Assembly (NCBI GenBank): GCA_051362555.1
Contig: CM120642.1
Coordinates: 7,068,001 to 7,132,000 of the forward strand
DNA length: 64,000 nucleotides
Direction of reading: 5' to 3'
DNA from: Lingula anatina
Lineage: Eukaryota; Animalia; Brachiopoda
Shown here: piece by piece, positions 1 through 14,115 of the stretch
Layout: each line of letters opens with the position of its first letter
How positions within the stretch are numbered: position 1 is the first letter of the stretch
Translations under genes and position numbers: made by a program
The notes under the pieces: generated by a model
Databases searched by the model: none
What the model saw: the letters and a program-made list of their open reading frames with translations, nothing else
What the model was told of the DNA's origin: nothing

Positions 1-215
1 TTATGGATTATGCACGATGCTTGAAGCTTTATGTTGACGCTAAAACAAGGCAAACAGAATCATCACATGGCAATTTGATTTCGAAAAAGTCAAATTTGTG
101 AATACAACGACAAGTATAAGATCAAACATGTTCAAAGACGATCGAGGAACGATTGAACATAAGCAAAATCCATTTGGTGGTAAATAATGGGAAGCGGGGA
201 TTTTGATTTTACTTC

Positions 216-1719
216 TCAGTTTTGAATTCGTTTAACTAAACTTGGATCTCTTCTGAACAACATTGCCACCAGAAACAACACGGCTGGGAGTCAATAAATC
301 GTAGCATTTTAGTGATAGCAACTTGGATTTAATTACATATTTGAATGGCATTTTAATTATCTTACCTGGCAAAGTGTTTGTGCAGGATTGATTGTTATTC
401 TAACCGCGATGAAATTTAGTTTCAAATGGAAAAAAATATGAATTGGTGAAAAGTATTTGACATGGTGATAACAACTTTTATCCTGGTCACGTGGACACGT
501 ACTTGGATCATGATGTTGCTCGAGGAAGCGATCTTCCATAGTCAAAAATCCATCCTGATTCGTATCGACCCATTCAAATATTGCCCGACTCCAATTTTCG
601 TGCAGTTTTTCATTCATCTTGGACCAGCTTCGTGCAAATTCGTCACTTGTTGTTTGTCCGTCCCCTGAAACCACGGACCAAGAAGTGAGATTATATCGTT
701 CGAGCTCAGCCTCACCGGCTCACTTGGTTGGAAACTACAGCCAAGGTAAATCTACTTTTCAAAAAAAAAAAAGAAAAATAAAGGCAAATAACTAACTTAA
801 GTGAAATCCAAAGCGTGTTAATAGGAAATTATGCATAAAACACATCACACCCTCAAACATGATGATGGGAAGGGGCATGTACTATCAAATTAATTAATGC
901 CAGTAATAAAAATACCGGTTTATGCGCATCCCTTAACACTTATCTCCAGTTTTATAATTGTGATGCCATCCCTTTAAGTGATGTTAAGATTGTGATGTTA
1001 TCCCTTTAAGAAGCAACTTTAATAGAATGTGTTGGTTAATTGATCTTCCTTACAACGCGTTTGTTTGTATTATTTTCATGTATAAATACAACACATTTGA
1101 GCAGCTGCTTACCATTCTCGTCAGTGGAGTCGATCAGCTCCTGTGTTTCATCTAAGACGCCGTTCTTGTCTACGTCATAATCTATGCATAACCACTTTCC
1201 AATTGCCATAGCTGCCAGTTGAATGTCTCGATCCGGGAACTGTTTGGTATTGCTATAATAGTATAATGAAACAATTGTTTTTATCTAGAATCTAAATCAT
1301 TCTTTATAATTTTCGGTTTCTGTACAGTACATTTGTAATTCAGTCTATTGAACATTTTAAATTGATTTTAGACTTAAATAAATATTTTTTCCCAAATTTT
1401 CAAAAACAATCCAAGCATTTTCTGTAATTGTAATTTTAAGTTATTCATTATTTTTTGCCTTATGTTTTGCTGGCTAAACACTGTGAAAGGCACTTTAAGG
1501 CGGGAAACATTTGTTCCTTCTTCTGTATTACAAATCATGTGCATATTGTATATCAAATCTACGAAACTTGTAATAACAATACAATAATAAGGGCTCATTA
1601 TGCATTCACTATATATATAAGTAATTGACAATGAAAAATTAACGAAATGAATTAAATCTTCAGGTGCCATCGATGCGGTGTTTGACCAACGTTGATTATT
1701 ATTATTATTATTATTATTA

Positions 1720-1757
<38 letters not shown>

Positions 1758-4700
1758 TTGCTGTTGACCAAAGCTGCCTTTTTCGGAATTCAAAAACTGT
1801 CAAGAAAGGTCTTTCGTTGTTTGCCTCGGCCACTTATGCCAGGTAATCCACCACTAAGGCTAAGATTCTCGTATCCCTCTTTTCTGATTGAATGGCTCAA
1901 GAACTCCAGTTGTCGGTCTCTGAAGGTATTGAGGAGCTGTCTTTTTTTTGTCTACCCGTTGGAGGAACTCTTCATTGTCAACACGATCAGTGTAGTAGAC
2001 GCGTTGCATGCACCGGTAGAACTGAATTTCGGTTGCTTAGATGTTGCATCGAGTTTTGGCTGTCATAGTCTAAGACCCGCGAGAAGGCGGATATACAGAA
2101 CTTTTTATGTGCGTTGCATTGATACTTGCATCTAAAGACTTACATTTTAAATCTTTCTATTAATTGCTCTTAGATTTTTTATATATTTTAAAAAAGATTG
2201 ATTTTATAGGTTAATTTTAAATGGTTTTCAATGATTGTTTTAGATTTAAATATTGTAGTCATTTTAATTATTTTAGTTATATTTTCCATTATTGTAAGGC
2301 GCTTGAGGTAGCATGTAAGGTGCCATATAATAAGCTTATTATAATATTATTATTCCGTCATTCTTTGCTAGTGGTTACAAAATGTTGAATTTGACCAAAA
2401 ATTTTAAATGTTCTCTGGGAAGCTGTAATTTTGCGATGTGATAGCTACACCATCACAGTTTATCATTTCATAAAAAGGGAAACAGCAGATGCAATTGCTA
2501 AGTCACACAAGGGACTTGAACAGCTATTCCCACCAAATGCAAGACGCGTACACTGGGAGATATATTTGGCACAAACTATTGAGAGTCTAATGGAATGTTT
2601 TCAGTTTAAATCATAAGAGGGTGTTGTCTCAGTGCTTAAAAACTAGTTTTGAAGAATTCAATCCACATTTCATAATTAATAAAAATGGTGAATATGTGGG
2701 ACACGGTAACGTTAGTGACACATTAACAAAATCTTTTCATAATAATGTAAAACGTAAAAATATTTTTGCTATTATCCAGACACACGTCAATCATGAGGGG
2801 AGTATTGCTCTCACATGCTTTTTAATTGGAATTGGCAAACACAGAAGAATAATGCACATATCTTGTTTACTGTAACTCTGTTACATGGGACACAAACTGA
2901 ACAAAGTTGATCTAAAGAATGTTCCAGAGTGTAGTTTTTTTCTGAATTATTATTATTTTTTATTTGTTTAACACAATTAAGTTCAGTTAAATACAAAGTT
3001 TAACAAAATGAAGTTCAGTGTAACACAAAGTTCAGTATTATAACATTCTTTCTGACAACTGTGGTGATATCTGCTCTGTGCTCTATCAAGGCATCCATCC
3101 TTGGGATTCTGAAAAAAAAATCATACAAGGAATCTGTTTACTCTGATAACGAACAATGGGTAACTTAAGATTACAAATAGTTTATTGCTTATTCAAGCAA
3201 AGTGCCGTGCATTATGAGTGGCATACACCCATTATTGGAACACGTTTTCTTCACCCATTTTCGGTGCTTCATTGTGTCTCCGTAACGTTAGTGTTGCGAG
3301 CAACCCATTATTGCTGTTTTTACAGACGGTTAAATTTTAAACGCAGTGAATACAGTGTAGCATTTCAATTTAAGACAAAACTAAAAAATGTCATTCAATA
3401 TCGATGATTGAGTATTCGAGTACAAGAGAACATGAATAAGGTGTCACCGCGTTACCATGTGACACAGACGAAAACGAAAGTTAAGTCACCCTGCTAATCG
3501 AATGGTAATAATCAATCAGTACACATATGTTAAAACAATTGAAGAAAAATAAAACGAAACTCAATATCTCTCACCTTCATACAGAGAAGCTAAACAGTCC
3601 CGTTGCTGTTTAATCGAGGAAATGACACCTGTCCCCTGCAACCGACCTCGACAGCGTCGCTGCGATACTTGCTATTAGAATGGGACACGTGCCAGTTTGA
3701 GTTGCCTTTCCAGTGTGCAAAAGAAGCCATTCGTGTGTGAGACGTCATCAGTTAGTTGGTATGGAAGCAGATAGATATCGATGTATAATTTTCACGCGGC
3801 ATTTTAAAGTCGTCTGATAAAAATCGATCTCTTAAGTTTCAATGTAACTAACGCTACATGAGACACGATGAAGAAAAACCGACCTTGTTAAGCAAAAAGT
3901 TCTAAATTCTTAAGAAAACTAATATTAGCATGGACTTCGTGACGCAGACTACTTTAGACGCATCGAAGAGCTTTAATCCGGAAAGATAGGATTAGATGAA
4001 GTTTTCATTGGGCTAGGGCACGGCATATATACAGATTTGACATTTGATATGGAATATTTCAGTTTCGAAGGTATGCCTAGGTCAAAAAGTGGGCTTTTTT
4101 CAAAAAACTCCGATCTCATGTAAGATATGTGAGTGGAGAAGTGTGTAGCCAGGTGTGTCGCTACCAATTAACTGAATACCAGGTTTGTTGCGCGGCTGCA
4201 TTATATAATATGCAGTGATTTAATTGGGTAATGCTCCTTTGGGCAGGTCAATGCTTGGATTTGGCAAAGCATGGTTCCGTCAAAAAAGTATCCATATGTC
4301 GGCGACTACTGCATCAAAGAATTTGAATTTTTGCATGCAAGTGGTCAGTTTTGCAGTGTGTAAAATTAGCTATGCAGTGCTTTACAAATTTGTTAATCTG
4401 TGGCAGAATGGCGCGAAAAGAGAGACATTGCCAGACAGATAATTGCGCCCAACGAAACGGTCCGCACAGTTTTATAGAGTAATGCCCAGACTGATGTACC
4501 TACACAGAGGCCACACCCAATGTATTGAAATCTTACCACCAGGGTACAGGACCCACTGTCTTTGGGGATATGCTGTTGCAACTAAACCAAAACCACCCAG
4601 TCCTTTCAGAATGAGGGGTAAATTGCTACCAAAACTCATTTTTCAAGGCCCTTAGGGAAAACCAAACTGGTTTTAGCAGGTTAGAATACCAGACGACCTC

Positions 4701-7102
4701 CGAGGAACCCACTCTGTACAGCAAAACATCGATGTATGTCTCTCTAATGAATTGGAGAGCTTGACCGGTTCTGGGTAGAACACTGAAACCTCGTGGCTTT
4801 CTCGTGGTCAGATTTCACCTGTACCGCTCAACTAGTCAAAACAGAGTTTACAGACATCCAAAAGAGGCCAACGGTGAAGCGTGTGACCAAGGTCACTAAC
4901 AGCATCAGCATTTGGAGTGGATATCACATTGGTGCCAAAACACCAATTGTAGTCATCGACGAAAACCTGAACCAGATCGAATAAAGGAATAATCTGGGAA
5001 CCACTTGACTATCATTTGATAGGGGGCACCTTAGGAACTATTTTAGGTTGCACGGTGAGATTGCCGGTTCACACAGAGCACTTTTAATAGCAGATTACTT
5101 ACAGAACCAAGGGAATGAGCAGCTACCTTGGTCATCAAAATCGCCATATTTGTACCACATGGGCAATATGTAGGTAGGCCATTATTCGCCGATTCAATGG
5201 CCTACATGTCCTACAACAAAACTGGACCAAATTGGACTTATTTTGACCGATGCCTGAAATGTTATTCCAGATTGAAATCTAAAAACCTATCCCAAGGATT
5301 GCCTTGCCACTTGAGGGCGCTGGTAGCTGCCAGAAGAGGTCAGGCGTAATAGCGACCGTTACTGTGACTAGACACTGATATGAGGGTCCTTTGTGGAGAG
5401 TGTAACTCTTTTACAGACAATAATTTGGAAAATATGGAGATCTAAAATATCACTTTTATTGGTTGTCGTATGACATAGAATAGGCAATGTGTTTTTGTTT
5501 GCTTCTCTGGCGAATTCAATTAATGAACTGATGTCACAGTGACGTCAAAGAGTTAATTAAAAGTAATTAAAATACGATTTTAATCATTATTTTCATATAT
5601 CAGTCATCAAAATAGGTAAAAACTGTTGAAAAAAGATTTGGAAATAAATATTCCATATTAAATATCAAGTCTGTACTTGCTTTACAGATGTCTTAAATGA
5701 TGTTGTCACCCTTTGTCTAAAAACTCCTTATTTACTGCCTTACATACCTTCTTGTGAGTAATAGATAAATATTTAGTGTTCAGTGACTAAATTTATTAAC
5801 ATTTACACATATGTCATCTTACGGGTGACGTCATGATTGCAATTGGGGATAAACATGAATAATCCGTATCTCAATTTCTCTTTTACCTGATTACCCACGA
5901 TCGCCGTTTTAACGCCAATTAATGGCACTATTTAGTACACAAAAACCCTACCAGCGATTTTCTTTAAAGTCTTAGCTAAGATTTCATCTTTGATAAAGCA
6001 AAATAATGCCTTTGTTTAATGAAAATCTGTAATTAGGGGCTCATAACTCCGTAACAAAAACTTATTTAAACCAAAAATGACGGCACACGATTGTAAAGCC
6101 CATTCATTCGAGGTCCACTTTGCCATTTTTTCAGGGATGAAATTACGCCCTATATCGTTTGCTATCTCACCTCAAAATAGAATGGTGTTAAATTAACGAT
6201 TAAAGTTTTGAGTTACCTATGCTTATACAATGCAACGAGAAATATAAACGCCGATAGTTTATATTTTAAATGTTTGTTATTGTTTAAAATTAACGCAAAG
6301 ATAGATGCATTATTGAATAATTAGATGCAGGAAAAATCCCATTTTCAGTGTGTGGATGATAATGAAGGGTAATAATATCCTTAACCCAACAATGACGCAA
6401 TTACTTAATAATACATTATCAATAAAGTTCATAATTATTCACTGCTGTATGATGTATCAAACAACATGATACATATGCTACTATTTAATCAAACTTGCCT
6501 GTTAAACATAGAGCATTCAGTACATTATCAAAAACATCGTACTTTATTGCCTTGTAGTGTTGTTTGACTGTGAAACGGAACTTAACAAACTGTACAGAAA
6601 TTAATATATATTTACAAAACCTGTTATTATGCATGGAGAATGTGGGCTAAAACAAAATTTGCCTTTAGGGGGATGGTCAGTAAACAAAATAAAATTAAAA
6701 GTCCCCATTATGAACCTATCCTACCCAAAATAAACACTCCATTATGCCTCCATGTAGATGATCAGAGATTTAGGGATGAATGTCACTTGAAGCGCAGAGA
6801 CTCCTAAAAGGACTTTTTTGTACAAATTTGATCTCAAAAACATTTGATTATTAATTTTCTCATCTGATTAGTGTTAGGTATATAAAAAACAGACTAAGTT
6901 TCCGGGTAAATTGATTTTTGTTGTATAACTTGAAGAACATATTAAGAATCCACCTTTTACTTTTTATACCTTGACAGTTTTCCTTGACAGCATCAACTGT
7001 TACCATTAGTAAATGTTATAAATGCATGTTTAAGATTTACCTGTTCCCTTGTCTGCACAGCACACCAACACATGCAGCTAAAACGATAAGTGCTAACTTC
7101 AT
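216..7102 (-). CDS. Secreted EF-hand calcium-binding protein, paralog A (spliced)
   Basis: Exons 7102-7041 (MKLALIVLAACVGVLCRQGN, signal peptide), 1252-1113 (NTKQFPDRDIQLAAMAIGKWLCIDYDVDKNGVLDETQELIDSTDEN), 664-503 (GDGQTTSDEFARSWSKMNEKLHENWSRAIFEWVDTNQDGFLTMEDRFLEQHHDP), probable last exon 283-216 (VLFLVAMLFRRDPSLVKRIQN*). GT-AG sites are phase compatible. EF loops DVDKNG, DENGDG, DTNQDG. The 3' end is uncertain; there is an extra donor at 365. Confidence 0.85.
1660..2135 (-). mobile_element. Degraded 3' fragment of an RTE-clade non-LTR retrotransposon
   Basis: Minus strand reads, with a frameshift, MQRVYYTDRVDNEEFLQRVDKK/RQLLNTFRDRQLEFLSHSIRKEGYENLSLSGGLPGISGRGKQRKTFLDS, the typical RTE ORF C-terminus; interrupted by (TAT)n/poly-T at ~1695-1756. 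Confidence 0.75.
4560..5352 (+). mobile_element. Decayed Tc1/mariner transposase pseudogene
   Basis: Frame-broken pieces ISIWSG..GAKTPIVVIDENLN, ADYLQNQGNEQLPWSSKSP (cf. WPxxSPDL) and C-terminal LPCHLRALVAARRGQA* (cf. MPRRxxAVIxAxGGxTxY). Boundaries approximate; lies in intron 1 of gene A. Confidence 0.7.
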
Positions 7103-7212
7103 TTTCACAAAGTGCAGTAAACGCAAATGGGTAACCCAGACAGTGAGTCAGGTATATGTATAAACTGATGAGGGTATGCGACCCGCGTATGTTAAGTAAC
7201 TGTATAATAGGT

Positions 7213-7460
7213 AACCAATGAAAATAGACCTACAGGGGTACAAATCAGGTGTTACACCCATTCTGAGTTTCAGAGATTACTAAAGACCCACATCTACCAT
7301 TACCATGTCTAAATGGACATGTTGATAATGGGGGAGAGTTTTCTGTGGATATCTGAAACACAGGGTACCTGCAACGTAACCGTAATTGACATGGCTGACA
7401 GGCAGGTCTGGGATTCGAGACAGAAGAGATGCAGATCATGCATTACATGAACCAGTTTTC
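7213..7460 (-). promoter_or_regulatory. Conserved upstream module of EF-hand gene A
   Basis: CCAATGAAAATAGACCTAC..CAAATCAGGTGTTACAC..CTGAGTTTCAGAGATTACT starts ~110 bp upstream of the ATG and aligns with 12842-13070 (gene B) and 15981-16050 (gene C, opposite orientation). Confidence 0.7.
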
Positions 7461-9976
7461 CTGACACTTTGTTTTACATAGTTATCATTACAAAACAAAA
7501 AGTCACAATAATACAGCTGTATTTTTTCCTCATATATGTAAAACAGAAGTTTCTCATATTTATCAAACGTAATGAGAAAATTTAATCTTCGACTGGTTTT
7601 TACCTTGAAACGGACATCACGCCGTTTCAACCTTATCATCGGTGTCACGTTTTCTGCGGGGTGTCTTCCAGATCCCCGGTCCCACAACTGAGGTAGTTGG
7701 TAACTTGGGCCACCGTACTTGAACAACCTACCATTAACAAACACTTGTTAAGCCACATGCTTCAAGCGATTGGATCAAAGCGCTTTGGACACATTAAATG
7801 CCTTTGATATATATAAACATGTGAAATGCAGGTGGTTTACAAGCTATAAGGGAACGCTGACAAAAATATACGGGTGGCTGTGGAGCTTAATACATTGCCA
7901 GCAGCTTATAGCTGACTTTTTGAAATGGTGACAGAATATTATATATATATATATATAACGAGATTCCAAGCTGTACAAGTGCTGCCACATCCTTCCGTTC
8001 TATTTGTCACTGGTTGGTCACTCATCTCTGTTATTTCAAGCCTGAGGATACGTAGCTCCCTCTTTCACGTTGTCCATACTCTTTCCCTTCGGCATGAATG
8101 AGTCCATAACTCTGCTGATTGTGACAACATGCTCTGTGCTTTACCGATGAAACTAAGCAAATTATATATTTACTTTAATGGAACTGTTAGATATTTGACT
8201 GTAAGATTTCGTCTATTTTAACCCACACGTATTCCCTTTTGGTTGTATCAAAACTCGTTTATTTTACTTTTGTTCAGTACACGATAAGTAAACTTGTCTT
8301 TCAATAACATACACCCGATATAACACCATGTGACATTGCGTATATCATCAATATCCAAATGATATAATTAGGACTTACCAATACCACTACAGATCACTGT
8401 TATTATCATGATTTTGGAAACATGCCATTGCCACACAAAAGCCTGCCCCCCTTTTGAAAATCCCACTCTTCACTTATTAGATTATGTAGAATATAATGCT
8501 GCATCACAAAGCTTTAAGAATAAATCAGAATGTATAAAAGTGCAGTATTACATTAAATCATACTAAAATTCACAGTTGCTTTTGCTGAGACGGTTAATGG
8601 TAAAGGTAAATGATACAATGTCCGAATTATATCCATGGAACGGCGTCAAGGGATTTGTCATCTACGGTAGAGGTATCTGTTCATGGCTTCGTGTCTTTGT
8701 TCACTGTAAAAAATCTGAAGAGTAAAAGAAAAAAAATGTATCTTAATGAGTTGTCATCTCAAATGAGATAGGAGGTTTGTTTAGAAATGCCAGTTTTCTA
8801 GTGTGCGTTTAAAATAAGGTTTCACTTAAAATTTACTCTTAAAATATCACTACACATTACCACTTAATTGGAGAACGCCCTTGTTTTCTTGCTCCTTGAT
8901 TTCCTCTTTAAGCTTCTTTATATCTTGCAGAAAATGCTAAAAGAAAAACAGAACATATTTACTAGAATTTCGGTGATTAATATATTTTATTTTTCAGCTC
9001 TCTATGTTATGACGACAATATTTATGACCAATTATCAATTAAGCAACCTGGCCTTTTAACGACGGTGCTGAATTTTTTGTGGTCCACAATTTTACTTGGA
9101 TACAATTTTTTACATAAATAATCGTGCAAAATTATATAACATAGATTTAATAGCGTGCGTGCTGGTAATGTTTTGAACAAGTGCACACTGGAATCTGTTA
9201 GTTTTTTTATTAGTCAGCACATTCCAGGGTTGCTTGTAACATGCCGCCGGCACGAGTAGACGATTATCTCGGCATAATACATGTAACTTATTTTCTGGCA
9301 ATAGATGTCACTCTCAGTAGCCCCGCCAGAATCGATGGCATACAATTTCACGATCATTTTGCTTCCGTGTCAATATACCGCAAGGCAAACAATGTGCGTT
9401 GGATTATCACCAAGGTACTTCCAATATTATTAATCCGTTAAGAGAGATACGATCCCTAAACAAATTTTCAAACACTTAACGTTTAACATTTTTGTCATCG
9501 AAAATGGATTAGAAACTATGCATTAAAACTAAAGTAGTAGATATTTTTGTCAGCGGTATTGGTTAAGGCTTGCGTGGTTGTAACAAAAAAATTCAGCTGG
9601 AAAGATAAACTATAAGATTTTTGTAAAGATAAATATAAAAACTTACTTACATTCGTACAAAGCATAATACAGTCCTTTAAAAGAAACACTCCAGTTACTG
9701 AAACAAATGTTTAACAATTGGTGAATACGTAATATAAAATTGCACAAAAAAAACATATTATTTACTTATCTCTAAAATCGATTAAGGCGCTCCTGGCTAC
9801 TAGCAAAATCAAGCCCAAACATCGGTCTATAGATACTTTCAGACAAATTTGTCGGCTACAAGAAAAATGGCTAATGTCTCAAACCAAATATTTCAGTGGC
9901 CCGGCTTCTTTGAATTTATCTCTCATTTGATTCATTTAGTGCCCTTTTAAGATTTTGGATTATTTTATACGCAGTT

Positions 9977-12704
9977 TTAGATTTCGTTTAACAGAAACAT
10001 GCTTTCTGCTGAACAATATTGCCACTGGTCCGGGTACTGGATTAGAAACAACAAATTGGTGCTTTTATAATTCTCTGTAAGCATTTATATCTGTCTAACC
10101 TAGCAATGTGTACACATGATTGATGTTTATGAATAGGTGAAAGGTTATTGGCAAGGCAGCAACTATACACGTGGTCATGTACCTGGATCATGGTGTCTAT
10201 CTAGGAATTCGTCTTCCATAGTTAACAACCCGTCATCATTCGTATCGACCCAGTCAAATACTGTGACACTCCAATTGTCATGTAGTTTTTCGTTTTTCTT
10301 GGACCAGCTTCGTGCAAATTCGTCACGTGTTGATATTCCGTCCCCTTAAAGCCAGGATTAAAGAAGAGAGATTATTGAAGAAAAACGTCGAAGTTTATAG
10401 CCCAGGTCAAATATTTGTTTCAGAGGAAGAAAGAGAGAGAGAAATACTTAATTAAAGTGACATAATAAGCGCTTTGACCGGAAACGATATATTTAATACA
10501 CTTTTAAATACTAAAATATTCTAATGGAATTGTAAACAGCATCGAGTGAATATGGCAATGGGTAGAAGAAGAGCAAAATGGTATAAACACAATAGAGGGA
10601 ATTTATGGCGAAGATACTTAAACACCACTCAGACATCTAACATTTCAACTATATTTTGACACGACTCACCTGTTTAGATGCAACTTTTATGGGTACTGCC
10701 TGTTAAGTGATTTATTTTGCAAAGTAGAAATTTTGTATGAATTTACTTAAAAAACACTTGGCATTTAAATAGTTCCTTACCATCCTCGTCTGTGGAATCG
10801 ATCAAAGCCTGCTTTTCATCCAGAATGCCGTTCCCGTCGACGTCAGAGAGCATGCAGAGCCACTTCCCAATTGCCATCGCAGCCAGTTGAATGTCTTGTT
10901 CTGGTATCTCTCTGGTCTTGCTATTAATATTTTAATGAAATAACGTTTTAGTGTGTATTATATAAAGAGGTATAATTGCATTGGTATCGGTGCAAACAAT
11001 CAAATGATGCTTAAGGGATAAAAAAAAATAATTAAAGCTTATAAGTAAAAATATTTGCAATGATAGTATGTCGATGTAAGTAAGATAAGAAGTTAAAAAA
11101 CATTAAAAATATAATGTTTATACGTGGAAAAGCATACTGTTGGCATGACACTTGATGTCAGATTAAACAAGTAATGAATGTGTCATAAACAGTATTTTAA
11201 ATACTCTTAATACTAGCACATACATGTAGATGAATCTAGAGAATACATGTGACCGTTGCAATAGATTTACGCCTTTCTCTCGGTATGTATGACACATTGT
11301 GTACACTGCCACCCTCTCGTTATACCTGTATATATAAATTTATCGCTTACAAGTAGAACGTTGTGAAAAAAATTAAGATTTTTTAGGGACTTAAGTTTGC
11401 TTGTCATTGAATATTGAAAAAAAAGGGAAATACACCCTACTGACAGCAAAAGAAGCATTTTAAGATTTAAAAATAAACTGTTTTCCATTCGTATCAGAAA
11501 TGCCAAAATATCATGGAAGCTAGAAAAGAGAGCGCAGACCTCCGCCAAGACAGCGATTTTTATTATTATTGATTATTGATTGGTTATTGATCCGGATCAC
11601 CACCAAAAAACTAATCATCTGTTCTTTGGCCCACTTCTGACATTTCCTGAAAATTTCATCAAAATCAGTCCATAACTTTTTGAGTTATGTTGATGACAGA
11701 CAGACAGAAGGTCAGACAGAAAGACAGACAGACAAACAGGGGTGAAAACAATATATTTTTCAGTCAGCAACAGAAAACCCTGTTTTCAATTGTACAAAGT
11801 GCTTGGGCAAGATGAAACTTTCTGGCAATTTTTCTGGAGAACATAGGTTACGTAGTATTAGCCATGATGATGATGCAAAATTAAATACAACTTCGAATTC
11901 ATTTTTTTAAAAATATTTTAGCATGTTTAATGCACTTAATTGTACTATTACTTAATATCACATTGTATATACCACACTGTGCATTTGCTGTAAAGAACAT
12001 AAACACGTACAGATAAGACAAGGAGTGCCACCTTCATATTGCGGGTTTTGGACACCCACAAGGAATATAAATGCAGAACCGAGACAGAATGAAGCGTATG
12101 TGTAAATGAGATAAGGTACCACACGTCACGAGTATTTGCGTCTTTTAAGAGATTATTACAAAAAACGAAGTTTTTAGAAAAAAACAGGGACTAACTATGA
12201 ATGTATGGGAAAATTGTTGTTTACTCCAGGAAAATTCTTTTTTTTTTTTTTTTTTTTTTTGCCATAACAGTTACTATCCCTTCAATAACTAAGAATCAGC
12301 CATGCTTTTTTGCTTGTTTCATTGATTAATGCAGCTACACTGCTGGTGTAATGACACTGAAGAGATTATTCAGAAATTTCAAAATACAAATCAAAACCTT
12401 TGTGTTAGTTTATCAGTCAGAAATATAGGTAAAAAACGAAGAAAATTTGACAACAAAATTGAATAAACTTTCCATATTACATAGTAGACAACATGTATTG
12501 TTTTAGATGATTGTCCGTTTTTTATAATTGAATGTTTGCGTTTCAAGTTTTGTTATTTTTCATTTTAGTTAAGGATAACTTTAGTTAAGCTTAAGGCGTA
12601 CACAACTGCCGTTCATGCGGTCGCTAAATATCTTTCTACAATACTTACCTTTTCCCGTAAAGAATCCCAATACAAACAGCCACAACAATAAATGCTAATT
12701 TCAT
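9977..12704 (-). CDS. Secreted EF-hand calcium-binding protein, paralog B (spliced; aberrant last exon)
   Basis: Exons 12704-12649 (MKLAFIVVAVCIGILYGK), 10920-10781 (KTREIPEQDIQLAAMAIGKWLCMLSDVDGNGILDEKQALIDSTDED), 10344-10183 (GDGISTRDEFARSWSKKNEKLHDNWSVTVFDWVDTNDDGLLTMEDEFLDRHHDP; 162 nt as in A and C), tentative last exon 10074-9977. Confidence 0.82.
11520..11752. mobile_element. Non-autonomous Helentron-associated (HINE/DINE-1-like) repeat
   Basis: AGCGCAGACCTCCGCCAAG end motif, core GAAAATTTCATCAAAATC..TTTTGAGTTATG and (GACA)n tract; opposite-orientation relatives at ~26700-27010 and ~27313-27350. Confidence 0.55.
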
Positions 12705-12841
12705 ATTGCTTGTTTTTCTCGAAAAGTGCAGTGAATGCAAATGTAGAACAAAGAAAGAATCAAACACATGTATACTTTTGATACGCTTTTCGTGGTTAGC
12801 GCCTGGGGCTGTGCAATTTAGTCAGTTATGTAAACAATAAG

Positions 12842-13070
12842 CAGCCAATGAAAATAGACCTACAAATCAAGTGTTACACTCACCTTGAGTTTCAAAGATT
12901 ACTGTAGACCAACCTCCACCATTACCATGTCTATTTTGGCTTGTTGGTAATGGAGGAGAGTTTTCTGCGATCTCTGAAACTCAGGGTGCCTGCAACGTGA
13001 CCGGTTTTGGCATGGGTGACATGCAGGTCTGGGATTGGAAAGAGAAGAAGACAGATCACATGAAAGAGTT
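12842..13070 (-). promoter_or_regulatory. Conserved upstream module of EF-hand gene B
   Basis: Aligns with 7213-7460; CCAAT box and two oppositely oriented copies of ATCT(C/T)TGAAACTCA(G/A)GGTG (12881-12899, 12970-12988). Confidence 0.7.
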
Positions 13071-13900
13071 TTCTGTTTTGATCTGCTTTCAACCGCAAAT
13101 AAACTGTTTATCTTACCGCGGAAAAAATAATTTTTGTTGAAATATCCTGTAGCCAGTGAATAAGCAGATTGCCAAGTGGTCACATTTTTATTGAGAAAAT
13201 AATGAAAATAACTTTTACAAAATGCTGAAAACCATCTCTTGGCCAAAATTATGAAAGCAAATATGAGGATTTACTTTGAATATTCTCTCATGTAACATGT
13301 CTTATGAAGCAAGAAAATCACCTTCGGAACTTTGCGATACATTGTTCTGACTAGGGCCAAATGAGAGAAAAGGTAAAGCTGAGGTGATGAATATAAAATA
13401 TAAATATAATTAGGTAACAAATAGTAACATAATACAATAAGTGAAAAGGTAATGCCACCCCTCGTAACCCATTCTATATTACTGAACTGCCCAAGAATGA
13501 AAACGAGCATATTTTGTGACACTAGTTTTCATTGTTTTGCGAAACAAAAAGTTACTTTACACTAAACACAGTTCACTTAATATGACAATACATTTAATAT
13601 CACAATAAACGTAACCGTAAACAACACAAAATATAGGCTAAAACCAAATGCATATAGCCTAAAGCACCACACTTAACGTCATAAAGGCATGTTCTAATGT
13701 AAAACCGAAACAAAAGCACAAGTTGACATTGCCAATTTCAAAAGTCACTAAATTAACACTTGTTATAATTCAATGAACAGACTTTGATTGGTTTTAATTT
13801 AAAATACACTGGTATAATTTCATTTAGCCGTTTTAATCGCTAAATATGGTACCGTGCCATATTGTTACTTCGTTTTGTCACCGTGCAACCCAATTTCATA

Positions 13901-14115
13901 CACCCCATTTCCATAGATTAGATCGACCTACTTTAGATCGACCTAACTCCCTGGGGGTTCACGCTAAATAGCTGTCAGCCGGGCGGACACGAAAGTTAAT
14001 TACCCTCTTACAGCTTGTAGTAGGCGGAACGGACATTTAAGTCGGATTATCTGAAAGTAATCTAGTGAGACTCCCCGCGGGGATAGATCGATCTAAAATC
14101 TATGGGAACAGAGCC
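13901..14115. mobile_element. Hairpin MITE, family 1 (PIF/Harbinger-like)
   Basis: Inverted ends (CCATAGAT..TAGATCGA / TCGATCTA..ATCTATGG); closely similar copy at 58426-58651 and a diverged one at ~18413-18605. Confidence 0.7.

Noticed and set aside
1374-2135. ORFs of 139 and 147 aa with poly-K/N/F/I tracts
   Set aside because: Artefacts of a microsatellite and the antisense of the RTE relic.
3575-3750. GC-richer stretch with CRE-like site, short minus-strand ORF and a donor-like site
   Set aside because: ORF stops before the donor; no partner exon or recognisable motif.
7245-13246. Similar Cys-rich ORFs (SNPRPACQPCQ / SNPRPACHPCQ) at 7245-7439 and 12899-13246
   Set aside because: They translate the duplicated promoter DNA; frames diverge by indels and starts are not conserved.
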